Part shown: positions 18,201-26,797 of the stretch, piece by piece | How positions within the stretch are numbered: position 1 is the first letter of the stretch | How the letters are laid out: each line of letters opens with the position of its first letter | From: Ostreococcus lucimarinus | Lineage: Eukaryota | NCBI GenBank assembly: GCA_000092065.1 | Contig: CP000581.1 | Length of the DNA stretch: 64,000 nt | Strand: one strand, 5' to 3' | Translations under genes and position numbers: made by a program | The notes under the pieces: model-generated | The model's database searches: none | Told to the model about the DNA's origin: nothing | What the model saw: only the letters and a program-made list of their open reading frames with translations

Positions 18201-21200
18201 CCACGGTTACCGCGAGCTGTTCTTGAGCATCAGCTTGGAGCTTGGCGATGGCTGCGACGGTATCATCGCCGCTTTTAAGCTTGGACTCAAGCTCGGAGAT
18301 GCGTTGCTTGTACTCTTTGACAGTGGTTTCACTCTCGGCGGCAAAAGTAGAAGATGCGTTACTGACGGCGTCCTTCAACTCTGCTTTGAGTGCCGCGATT
18401 TCATTCGCTGAAGCTGAACTTTTTTGTTCAAACTCCAATGTCAGACGCGATATTTCCTCACGAAGCTTGACTTCGCGCTCTTGCGCATCGCGTGCTTCAG
18501 TCTCTGCAGCTGATAACAGCACAGTTTGATCTTTGATCTGAGCATTTACAGCATCAAGGGACGCGTCCTGTCCCTGGGAAGCGCCGATGATGCTAGCAAA
18601 AATTCCACCTCGATCGCCTTTCGCCTTGTCCAAAACAGCCTTGTATTTCTCTTCAGCCTTTTGCATGCCCTTGCGAGCTTTTTCTAGTTCCTTTTCTAGT
18701 CGTCGCTCGGAATCCAGCTTCTCAGACTGTAGTCTTGTCGTGACCGATAGCACATCTTGATCACGCTCAGCGCGGACGGCTTTGATTTGCGCTTCCAAGT
18801 CGAAGATATGCTTTTCCACGTCCGGGCTGCTCCTCTTAGCTTGCGTAGCGAACTCCGCTTCAAGTTTCTCAAGCTTTTCTTGAAGCGCGTCGCGCTGCTT
18901 CTTGAGACGCTTGACTTCGCCAGTGCTTCCCTCGAACTTGTACGTGACAGATTGGGGAAGGGTGTACTTAACTACACTCTTCTCACGCTTTTGCTGTTGT
19001 TTGCGTTTAAACGCATCCAACTCCTTGCGAGCCTCAGTGACTTCAAGCCTGAGCTCTGCTTCCGTCTCCGTCGCCGTGCGCTTGAGAGTCTTATTGAGCT
19101 TCTTTATCGTCGATTCGTAACCTTCGGAAACCTCTTCTAGTTGAAGTTCCAGTCGCTTGACTGTCGCCTCGTACTCCGCGGCGATTTCATCAGCCTGTAT
19201 CTTCGCAGACCTCTCAACTTCTTCGAGTTTTGCTTTCCACAAGTCCTCAGCTTGCTTTACCTTTGTAGTTTCATCGCTCGCGAGAGAAGTTTTCATGGCG
19301 TTTTGCAGGGTCTCGATCTCGAGAGTCTGAGCCGTGATCAGCGCCTCTTTTTCTTCTTGGAAGAGCTTTGACTCCTGCGATACGCGGTCATCCGCTTCCG
19401 ACTTGACCAAAGCAACCAACGCTACTCGATCAGCCTCCGCTGACGCCTGAATTTCAGCGACGGCTTGGATAAGCTCTCGTTCGGCGCTTTCGTTGGCATC
19501 GGCGAGTTGCTTCTTCAGAGCTGCAACTTGGTCATCAATCGTAGCGGTCTCTGTGTCCGTTTTCGACGTCGATTTCATGTTCGCGATAGTTTGCTCGTAG
19601 AGCCGCTTGGACTTTTGCATCTCGTCAAGTTGGGATTCAAGGCGTGTGACTTGCGCTTGAAGCGCGTCGCGCTCCTTCTCTAGCGATGCATCTACCTTGT
19701 TGCCAGTAAACTTATATGTCACTGTTTGAGGCAGCGTGTACTTGATGCCACCCTTACTTTTTTGCTTGAGGTCTTCGAGGTCCTTTTTCGTCGATTCGAC
19801 TCGTTTTCTAAGTTCACTTTCGCTAGACTTAGATGCTGCGAGCTGCGCTTTAATTTTCTTCATCTCATCGTCGTCACTCGACACCCACGCAGTAGAAGAT
19901 TGAAGCGCATCAATTTTACCTTGATACTCTTGCTTCAACCGATCAATCTGTGCATCCTTGGCTGCTTCGACCTCACGAATCTTCTGTTCCCAGAAAATAG
20001 ATGATTGAGCCTCGGCAGTGGCTACCTCAGCCGTGAACTCAACCATAGCGTCTGCGGACTGTTTTATCGCTTCGTTTCGCATCATCGCATACAGCGCGCG
20101 GCGCTCGCCAGCGCTTGAACGAGACGAAGCGTCGCGTTGCGCCAGCTCGGAAGACGCAAAGGCCTGAATACTAGCGACGGCCTCGACGAGATGCTCCTCG
20201 GCGATGGCTTTTTGCTCTTGCAAACGCCACGACTGCTCAGACAGCTGCTTCTTGAGATCCAGGATCATGGCATCCTTCGCCGCTGACTCGTCGCTCCCAG
20301 CGGTCGTCGCCGCGGGCACGGCGGGCGCCGCGCGTGCAGACGCCTTGAGTGACTCAATCTTCGCGTCATACTCTCGCTTGGTCTTCTGCATTTCCGTCAG
20401 CTGCGACTCGAGCGCGCTGATCTTGGCCTGCTGAGCCTTCATCAGCTTGTCGTCCGTGGAACCGCCCTCGAATGTGTACTTGATAAACTGCGGAAGTGTG
20501 TACTTCACACCGTTCTTCGACGCAGTCTTGAGCGACTGAAGTTCGGCTTTCGCCGCGTCGACTTGACCTCGGAGTTCGAGTTCGATCGACGAGCGCTTGG
20601 AGAGCTGCGCCTGCAGGTCGGACACGACGCTCGAGAGACCATCACTACCAGACGCCTTGGACATTGATGCCTTGAGCTCCTCGAGTTCACGCAGCGATGC
20701 GTCGAGCTGCGCCTTCTCGGCCGCCGCCGCCGCTTGCAGCTTGGCATTATCAGCGAGGATCGTCGCGACAGCCGCCTCAACTTGCTCTTCGGCATCGTTT
20801 TCGGCATCCTGCAGCTTCTTGTTGAGGGCGTCGATTTCGGCGCTTCTGTCAGAAACACCGGTCGTAGTGCTCGCCTTACTGGCCGCCCGGACTCGTTCGA
20901 TCTCTTCGTTGTGTGCCTTCTTCAGAGCAACCACGCGCTGCTCAAACTGAATCTGCGCGTCACGAATGGCGTCGTTCACTTGAGCGCTCGTGTCCACAGG
21001 TGAACCGGACGACGCGCGCAATGACGCCTCCAGCTGTTCGTTCTCAGCCTTGAGCTCAGCGACGGCCTCGACGAGCTGCTCCTCGGCGATGGCTTTTTGC
21101 TCTTGCAAACGCCACGACTGCTCAGACAGCTGCTTCTTGAGATCCAGGATCATGGCATCCTTCGCCGCTGACTCGTCGCTCCCAGCGGTCGTCGCCGCGG

Positions 21201-24200
21201 GCACGGCGGGCGCCGCGCGTGCAGACGCCTTGAGTGACTCAATCTTCGCGTCATACTCTCGCTTGGTCTTCTGCATTTCCGTCAGCTGCGACTCGAGCGC
21301 GCTGATCTTGGCCTGCTGAGCCTTCATCAGCTTGTCGTCCGTGGAACCGCCCTCGAATGTGTACTTGATAAACTGCGGAAGTGTGTACTTCACACCGTTC
21401 TTCGACGCAGTCTTGAGCGACTGAAGTTCGGCTTTCGCCGCGTCGACTTGACCTCGGAGTTCGAGTTCGATCGACGAGCGCTTGGAGAGCTGCGCCTGCA
21501 GGTCGGACACGACGCTCGAGAGACCATCACTACCAGACGCCTTGGACATTGATGCCTTGAGCTCCTCGAGTTCACGCAGCGATGCGTCGAGCTGCGCCTT
21601 CTCGGCCGCCGCCGCCGCTTGCAGCTTGGCATTATCAGCGAGGATCGTCGCGACAGCCGCCTCAACTTGCTCTTCGGCATCGTTTTCGGCATCCTGCAGC
21701 TTCTTGTTGAGGGCGTCGATTTCGGCGCTTCTGTCAGAAACACCGGTCGTAGTGCTCGCCTTACTGGCCGCCCGGACTCGTTCGATCTCTTCGTTGTGTG
21801 CCTTCTTCAGAGCAACCACGCGCTGCTCAAACTGAATCTGCGCGTCACGAATGGCGTCGTTCACTTGAGCGCTCGTGTCCACAGGTGAACCGGACGACGC
21901 GCGCAATGACGCCTCCAGCTGTTCGTTCTCAGCCTTGAGCTCAGCGACGGCCTCGACGAGCTGCTCCTCGGCGATGGCTTTTTGCTCTTGCAAACGCCAC
22001 GACTGCTCAGACAGCTGCTTCTTGAGATCCAGGATCATGGCATCCTTCGCCGCTGACTCGTCGCTCCCAGCGGTCGTCGCCGCGGGCACGGCGGGCGCCG
22101 CGCGTGCAGACGCCTTGAGTGACTCAATCTTCGCGTCATACTCTCGCTTGGTCTTCTGCATTTCCGTCAGCTGCGACTCGAGCGCGCTGATCTTGGCCTC
22201 TAGCGCGTTAACATTCGCAGTGTTTTCCGGTGTTTTTCTAGACGTGTCTTCGAATTTGTAAGTAATGCTTTCCGGCGAAGTGTACTTGACGGTCTGCTGT
22301 GCGGATGCTATCTGATTTCGGAGATCACGCTCAACTTCGGTTCGCTCGCGCAGCTGCCGCTGGAGCTCCGTAATCTCCGCCGACACGTCCACGCCCGGTG
22401 TGTCTGATTTGATTAAAGCCTTCAGCTCTTCGAGCTCGCACAGGGACGCGTCGAGCTGCGACTTTGCAGCGTCAACCGCGGCTTGCAGCCGGTCTTTATC
22501 AGCAACGATTTCCGCTACCGCGCGCTTTACTGCCTCTTCGCGTTCTTTTTGCGCATCTTCCAACTGCTTATTGAGCGCGGCGACCTGCGCGTCCACATCT
22601 TTGCTACTACTCGAGCTGGATGAGGCTTGTAAATCCGCAATCTTTTGTTCGTACGACTGCCTGAGCTGCTTCAGCTGTGCATCCTTCATGAGCTCAACGT
22701 CCTTGATCTTTTTCTCCCAGTATGCAGGAGATTCCACAGCGTGGGTGCTGGCCTTACTGGCCGCCCGGACTCGTTCGATCTCTTCGTTGTGCGCCTTCTT
22801 CAGAGCAACCACGCGCTGCTCAAACTGAATCTGCGCGTCACGAATGGCGTCGTTCAGCTGAACTCTTGCTTCGGCAGTTGAGCTGGACGATGCGCGCAAT
22901 GAAGCCTCCAGCTGTTCGTTCTCAGCCTTGAGCTCAGCGACGGCCTCGACGAGCTGCTCCTCGGCAATTGCCATGTTCTCAGACAGCTGCTTCTTGAGAT
23001 CTATGATTTCTTCGTTAGCGTCAAACTGGTTCAATCTCTTAACCGCCTCGGCGCGCATCATTTTGTACATCGCGTTACGTTCTCCAGTTGTGGATTTAAG
23101 AGCTGACTCGAGTTGTACCTTGCTAGCTTCAGCAAGCGACTGGATTTCAGCAACCGCTCGAACGAGCATATCATCATACATCTCCTTGAGCGTAGTTACA
23201 TCCTGTTTTACCGCGTCCTGCTCTGAAGCAAGATTCGATTTAACGTTGATGCGCTCGGCTTCAAACTGTGCGAGAAGCTGAGCTTTTGACGCTTCACTCT
23301 CGTTCAACTTGGAGATAGCGTCACGTGCGCGATCCTCCGCTTGCGTGACTCTTCTATCCGACTCTCTACGTGCGTCTTCTAATGCTGTCGCGTGAGCAGC
23401 GGCTGTAGTCTGTATCGCCATCTGATGCGCCTGTTCGAGGGCTTTTATTTTGGCTGGTGCGTCATCCTTCGTCGCGCTCCTTTTAAGGCGCTCTAGCTCT
23501 TCGTTGTGCGCCTTCTTCAGAGCAACCACACGCTGCTCAAACTGGATCTGCGCGTCACGAATGGCGTCGTTCATCTTCTTGCTACTCGAAACTTCGCTTA
23601 TGGCAACTTCACTTTGAAGCCGCGTCAAAGTTCGCTCGCTCGCTTTGCGCATCTCAGAGTCGAACATCGACTTGAGCGCACGACGCTCGCCCGCAACTCC
23701 ACGCACAGCTTCGTCACGAACTGCGTCAACGTCCACGTCGTTTCGCATTTCGACCGGAGATACCGCGACCTGAGATTTCTTTGAAACCTTGACTCGTTCG
23801 ATCTCTTCGTTGTGCGCCTTCTTCAGAGCAACCACGCGCTGCTCAAAGTTAAGCTGCTCCTCACGGAGTGCCGCGTTAAATTGATCGACGCTCAGCGCGC
23901 TCTGGCTCGGCTTTGAGGCGTTACTCGCCTTGACTCGTTCGATCTCTTCGTTGTGCGCCTTCTTCAGAGCAACCACGCGCTGCTCAAAGTTAAGCTGCTC
24001 CTCACGGAGTGCCGCGTTAAATTGATCGACGCTCAGCGCGCTCTGGCTCGGCTTTGAGGCGTTACTCGCCTTGACTCGTTCGATCTCTTCGTTGTGCGCC
24101 TTCTTCAGAGCAACCACGCGCTGCTCAAATTTAAGCTGCTCCTCACGGAGTGCCGCGTTGAATTGATCGACGCTCAGCGCGCTCTGGCTCGGCTTTGAGG

Positions 24201-26307
24201 CGTTACTCGCCTTGACTCGTTCGATCTCTTCGCTGTGCGCCTTCTTCAGAGCAACCACGCGCTGTTCAAACTGGATCTGCGCGTCACGAATGGCATCGTT
24301 CGCTTGAGCGCTTACATCGACAACCGATGTGACTGGATCGGCGCGCTCAACTGGAGCGCCGCGCTCGATGTTGCGTCCAGGACTGGCCTTGTTCATCTCC
24401 GAATCAAGAAGCGCCTTTAGCGCTCGTCGCTCCCCAGCGGCACCGCGCATCGCGCTGTCGTACTTGGCCACGAGAGAGCTAATTTCAACTTCAGCCTCGG
24501 CACGTATTTCGGCAATCTTCGAAAGGAACTCGTCCTGAGTCGTCGAGTCACTGTCTTGAATCAGTCCCGCCACCGGCTCCCGTACTTTTGAGAGCGTGGC
24601 GGCAAAATCGGCCCGCTCTTTCACAATTCTCTCGCTATAAGACGCACAAATCGCTTTCAGTTGATCTTCGAGGAATGACAGGCGTTCTCCAGAGGTGACC
24701 TTCGCAAGAGCCAATTCTGACCGAAGCGTCGCCAGGTGCATGCGCTGCAGGTCACGTGATGCGCGATACTTGCTTGCTTCACTTCTTCCAAGTTCGCGTT
24801 CAGCGCGAATCAAGCCACGCGCGGCTCTAATTTCGATTTCATGACGCGTCGCCATAGATTTGTTCACCTCTTTCGCTTCGTGCAAAGCATCCTCAGCAAT
24901 ATTCAGCGCTTTCTCAAGCCTCTCGATGCTGCCCTTCAGCGTAACCTCTTGCGCGTGGAAGGCAGCTTCGTTTGCTTTGATGGCGGTTTCGTGCTCCTCT
25001 TTCATCTTTACGAGCACACGTTGAAGTTCTTCGGTGCTTTGTCCTCCCGCGCCGGCGCTTGAAAGCGAATCGATTTGCACATCCTTCATGTGGCGCTTGA
25101 AGTCGTCGTTCAGAGTCTTGAGGTTATCATTCTTCTCCTTCTTCATGGCGCCGAGCTTTTCGATTTCGGTTTCAAACTCCAGAATCATTGACTGCCGCAG
25201 TACTTCTAAGCGTCGCACCGCGCTACTATCGCTTTCCAAAGGCTGAGCAAGACTGGGCAAACGTTCCAATTTGGATCGCACTTTTTGCACGTCAACGCCA
25301 GAGCGAGAGATACCGAAGCCGATTGCCGCAGCGGCAACTGCAGCCGCAGACGCGATACCAGCTACCGCAGCGGTTTTTGCAACGACTGGCGGAAGCGCAT
25401 TATTGTGACGCAAAGTCATCGAGGTCGCATTTACCGCTGGTAAATTTTGAGCGAACGGGGCGACTGTTGCCGTTTTCACCACATTTTTTGGACGCTCAGC
25501 CACGATCGAGGTCGTCACCTGCGGCACAGTCGGCGACGCCGCGCGCCGATCGGCTGAAAAACTGTGTTTACCTCCGATAAGAGCCACGGCCGTCGCGATA
25601 CCACCGTAAATGAGCTTGGTCTCGGTATCGAATCTCTCAGTCGCGCGCATCATCGTCGTCGCGAGGGATGTCTGTTGTATTTTTTTCCGCACGATGGACG
25701 TCGTTTCTACCGTCTTCTTCACAATACTCGTCGTGGCCTTCATCCCAAGCGCCACGACTTCGTTCGCATCGCTCGATCGTTCGCATCGTTCGCATCGTTC
25801 GCATCGTTCGCATCGCTCGCATCCCTCGCCATCCTCATCGTCGTGCTCGTGCTCGTGCGATTCTTCGTACTCTTCGTACGCCTCGTCCGACATCCACGAG
25901 AACGACGCGAACCCGGGCGCGCTGTCGAACCCAGCCATACCAACTCTCCCCGCCCCCGGTCGCCGAACTTCACGCTCTTCGTCCTCGTCTTCCGCGCCCC
26001 CCCCGACCTCGAGCTCGAGCACTATCTCGTCCACGAGCTTGTATCCGCGAAAACTCGCCGTCCCGACGCCGTTTTCAAACATCGCGCGTCCGATCTCTCC
26101 CGGCTCGTCCCCTCGTCCCGCGCACGTCACCACGCGCCCGACTCGCATCGACGCCCTCCCGCGCGCGCTCGCCCGCGCGTCGCTCGCGCTCGCCCCTCGC
26201 GTCGCGTCGCCGCGCCGCTTCCCTCCCTCTCGCGTCGTCTCCCGCCGCCCCAGCGCGAGCGCGCCGCGCGCGCGCGTCGACATCACCCCGCGATCGACGA
26301 TCGCCAT
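15280..26307 (-). CDS. giant (3675 aa) coiled-coil protein with internal tandem repeats; function unknown
   Basis: Single uninterrupted 11-kb ORF. The composition is heptad-like, rich in E/K/A/L/Q. There are several families of exact in-frame DNA repeats. The non-coiled motif VKYTLPQ(F/T/S)(I/V)xYxFEG recurs 5 times. The N-terminus has HEHEHDDEDGEG-CERCERCERCERCER. The C-terminus is ...DYFTQLLDMSNEDK. Confidence 0.8.
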   Translation of the reverse strand: MAIVDRGVMSTRARGALALGRRETTREGGKRRGDATRGASASDARASARGRASMRVGRVVTCAGRGDEPGEIGRAMFENGVGTASFRGYKLVDEIVLELEVGGGAEDEDEEREVRRPGAGRVGMAGFDSAPGFASFSWMSDEAYEEYEESHEHEHDDEDGEGCERCERCERCERCERSSDANEVVALGMKATTSIVKKTVETTSIVRKKIQQTSLATTMMRATERFDTETKLIYGGIATAVALIGGKHSFSADRRAASPTVPQVTTSIVAERPKNVVKTATVAPFAQNLPAVNATSMTLRHNNALPPVVAKTAAVAGIASAAAVAAAAIGFGISRSGVDVQKVRSKLERLPSLAQPLESDSSAVRRLEVLRQSMILEFETEIEKLGAMKKEKNDNLKTLNDDFKRHMKDVQIDSLSSAGAGGQSTEELQRVLVKMKEEHETAIKANEAAFHAQEVTLKGSIERLEKALNIAEDALHEAKEVNKSMATRHEIEIRAARGLIRAERELGRSEASKYRASRDLQRMHLATLRSELALAKVTSGERLSFLEDQLKAICASYSERIVKERADFAATLSKVREPVAGLIQDSDSTTQDEFLSKIAEIRAEAEVEISSLVAKYDSAMRGAAGERRALKALLDSEMNKASPGRNIERGAPVERADPVTSVVDVSAQANDAIRDAQIQFEQRVVALKKAHSEEIERVKASNASKPSQSALSVDQFNAALREEQLKFEQRVVALKKAHNEEIERVKASNASKPSQSALSVDQFNAALREEQLNFEQRVVALKKAHNEEIERVKASNASKPSQSALSVDQFNAALREEQLNFEQRVVALKKAHNEEIERVKVSKKSQVAVSPVEMRNDVDVDAVRDEAVRGVAGERRALKSMFDSEMRKASERTLTRLQSEVAISEVSSSKKMNDAIRDAQIQFEQRVVALKKAHNEELERLKRSATKDDAPAKIKALEQAHQMAIQTTAAAHATALEDARRESDRRVTQAEDRARDAISKLNESEASKAQLLAQFEAERINVKSNLASEQDAVKQDVTTLKEMYDDMLVRAVAEIQSLAEASKVQLESALKSTTGERNAMYKMMRAEAVKRLNQFDANEEIIDLKKQLSENMAIAEEQLVEAVAELKAENEQLEASLRASSSSTAEARVQLNDAIRDAQIQFEQRVVALKKAHNEEIERVRAASKASTHAVESPAYWEKKIKDVELMKDAQLKQLRQSYEQKIADLQASSSSSSSKDVDAQVAALNKQLEDAQKEREEAVKRAVAEIVADKDRLQAAVDAAKSQLDASLCELEELKALIKSDTPGVDVSAEITELQRQLRERTEVERDLRNQIASAQQTVKYTSPESITYKFEDTSRKTPENTANVNALEAKISALESQLTEMQKTKREYDAKIESLKASARAAPAVPAATTAGSDESAAKDAMILDLKKQLSEQSWRLQEQKAIAEEQLVEAVAELKAENEQLEASLRASSGSPVDTSAQVNDAIRDAQIQFEQRVVALKKAHNEEIERVRAASKASTTTGVSDRSAEIDALNKKLQDAENDAEEQVEAAVATILADNAKLQAAAAAEKAQLDASLRELEELKASMSKASGSDGLSSVVSDLQAQLSKRSSIELELRGQVDAAKAELQSLKTASKNGVKYTLPQFIKYTFEGGSTDDKLMKAQQAKISALESQLTEMQKTKREYDAKIESLKASARAAPAVPAATTAGSDESAAKDAMILDLKKQLSEQSWRLQEQKAIAEEQLVEAVAELKAENEQLEASLRASSGSPVDTSAQVNDAIRDAQIQFEQRVVALKKAHNEEIERVRAASKASTTTGVSDRSAEIDALNKKLQDAENDAEEQVEAAVATILADNAKLQAAAAAEKAQLDASLRELEELKASMSKASGSDGLSSVVSDLQAQLSKRSSIELELRGQVDAAKAELQSLKTASKNGVKYTLPQFIKYTFEGGSTDDKLMKAQQAKISALESQLTEMQKTKREYDAKIESLKASARAAPAVPAATTAGSDESAAKDAMILDLKKQLSEQSWRLQEQKAIAEEHLVEAVASIQAFASSELAQRDASSRSSAGERRALYAMMRNEAIKQSADAMVEFTAEVATAEAQSSIFWEQKIREVEAAKDAQIDRLKQEYQGKIDALQSSTAWVSSDDDEMKKIKAQLAASKSSESELRKRVESTKKDLEDLKQKSKGGIKYTLPQTVTYKFTGNKVDASLEKERDALQAQVTRLESQLDEMQKSKRLYEQTIANMKSTSKTDTETATIDDQVAALKKQLADANESAERELIQAVAEIQASAEADRVALVALVKSEADDRVSQESKLFQEEKEALITAQTLEIETLQNAMKTSLASDETTKVKQAEDLWKAKLEEVERSAKIQADEIAAEYEATVKRLELQLEEVSEGYESTIKKLNKTLKRTATETEAELRLEVTEARKELDAFKRKQQQKREKSVVKYTLPQSVTYKFEGSTGEVKRLKKQRDALQEKLEKLEAEFATQAKRSSPDVEKHIFDLEAQIKAVRAERDQDVLSVTTRLQSEKLDSERRLEKELEKARKGMQKAEEKYKAVLDKAKGDRGGIFASIIGASQGQDASLDAVNAQIKDQTVLLSAAETEARDAQEREVKLREEISRLTLEFEQKSSASANEIAALKAELKDAVSNASSTFAAESETTVKEYKQRISELESKLKSGDDTVAAIAKLQADAQEQLAVTVARLNEERERAVADAETKYALDLARLTENASASFDEDDEMTAAVAQMLRKMAKLEQERDAWQFDSVAWKDQAKSYEANVRSLESERADILVKYQNSQAMLGSRISEMNAMKEKHNDEIVRAVAQTTADATLEFNQKIQESKEHTREVEVLLAALREDFKERVRDSAQLMNKQLKSRERELEKQIRRAHRDYAEQAKKMENVQYRLASVQADEANVRSLESERADILVKYQNSQAMLGSRISEMNAMKEKHNDEIVRAVAQTMADATLEFNQKIQESKEHTREVEVLLAALREDFKERVRDSAQLMNKQLKSRERELEKQIRRAHRDYAEQAKKMENVQYRLASVQAEFAEAEAKWSRSMLLMKEDFERRLKSEQVTLAEKIAFYEQRVGALTDELDVAKKQSSSSKVVSETSVQRPLFEFNKGKVAAERAAREDAERKLRAAQSEMVTLRDQLLAAKEEATKAKEDAALAAEEAALAAEEAAKTSAPSLFERLFGASNRSMKETNASTPTESVIQKSKPAQSPSKVATLERDLEAAVKKLSEFKTAQKAEIEAVEKAMRIESESKLKALESKVSTLENQLANSEKIANQKLASAMEAAKAERDRMEKTLRTEIAAAKKLTESAKLAAQREYIAALREAETTAKKALRDQLAIAAAERSKSEAALRATAKKANDKLKAKIANFENMLNDRDLEIEAKFNAQFDKLVVDFRQEVETLQRAVRDAEKRAGQTGGPPQIVEKVVEKIVEVEKIVEKEVATSTGRRGDADAYAEEIAKTQASLKELRERSEIDIAKLRESYEARLRDTIAAKDAALKASREKALKIVAEEKSKAEKSLRLSVSDREKQLEADRLALERSFEQTATERDEYAVEIKRLRVSLDEAKKRLRDFVNLSDEELKVLEESKKVAGELDDLKSKYAESMGISVQDVEAEDVVKSMTISSLRSVITRKTNTNETKKTAASAVDYFTQLLDMSNEDK
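17165..17980. repeat. 408-bp (136-aa) tandem duplication, 2 copies, ~99% identical, in frame inside the giant gene
   Basis: Copy 1 starts at 17165 and copy 2 at 17573, with 2-3 mismatches. Duplicated ORFs appear in the track at 17002/17425 and 17425/17833. Confidence 0.85.
20175..22199. repeat. 885-bp (295-aa) tandem repeat, 2.3 copies, ~100% identical, in frame inside the giant gene
   Basis: Copies start at about 20175, 21060 and 21945. Identical six-frame ORFs are offset by exactly 885 bp (20505/21390, 20597/21482, 20734/21619, 20990/21875). Confidence 0.9.
23789..24290. repeat. 141-bp (47-aa) tandem repeat, ~3.5 copies, inside the giant gene
   Basis: The unit ttgactcgttcgatctcttcgttgtgcgcc... 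recurs at 23789, 23930, 24071 and 24212. It encodes KASNASKPSQSALSVDQFNAALREEQL(K/N)FEQRVVALKKAHNEEIERV. Confidence 0.85.
25760..25825. repeat. 9-bp coding microsatellite (cgttcgcat)n encoding (Cys-Glu-Arg)5 on the minus strand
   Basis: cgttcgcat x5 read directly from the sequence. On the gene strand it gives GEGCERCERCERCERCERSS near the N-terminus of the giant protein. Confidence 0.85.
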
Positions 26308-26797
26308 CCTCGCGCGCGCGCGCCCGGCGTCTCCCCGTATCGCGCGCGTCCGACGACGCCACTAATCCAAAACCCGACCGATCGCGTCCCGCGCGCGCGC
26401 GTCCTCGTCGCGTCGCGTCGCTCCGATCGCCCGCGTCGCTCGAATCGCGCTCGCGCGCGTCGGCGTCGACGCGCGTCGATCACTGCGCCGCGCGGCGGCG
26501 CCGCGCGCGACGTCCGCGGTCGATCCGCGTCGCGCGGTCGGTCGGTCGGTCGCCGTTTTATCGCGGCGCGCGCGCGCGCGTCACATGGCGTTCGAGTCGG
26601 TACACTACGACGTCCGCGCGCGTCGTCGTCGCCCCTCGCGCGACGGGTCCGATCGCGACGTCGTCGTCGTCGTCGACGCGCGATCGAGGGTCGACGTCGG
26701 CGCGCGATCGACGCCGCGCGTTTCGCGTCGCGCGCGGGCGCGGCGATCGCGCGCCGACGCGCGATAGGGTCGCGGCGGCGCGAGACGACGACGCGCG

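Noticed and set aside
15280-26307. CRISPR array or mobile-element interpretation of the tandem repeats
   Set aside because: The units are 141-885 bp, contiguous with no spacers, in frame, and encode heptad coiled coil. There are no transposase, integrase, TIR or LTR features anywhere in the window.
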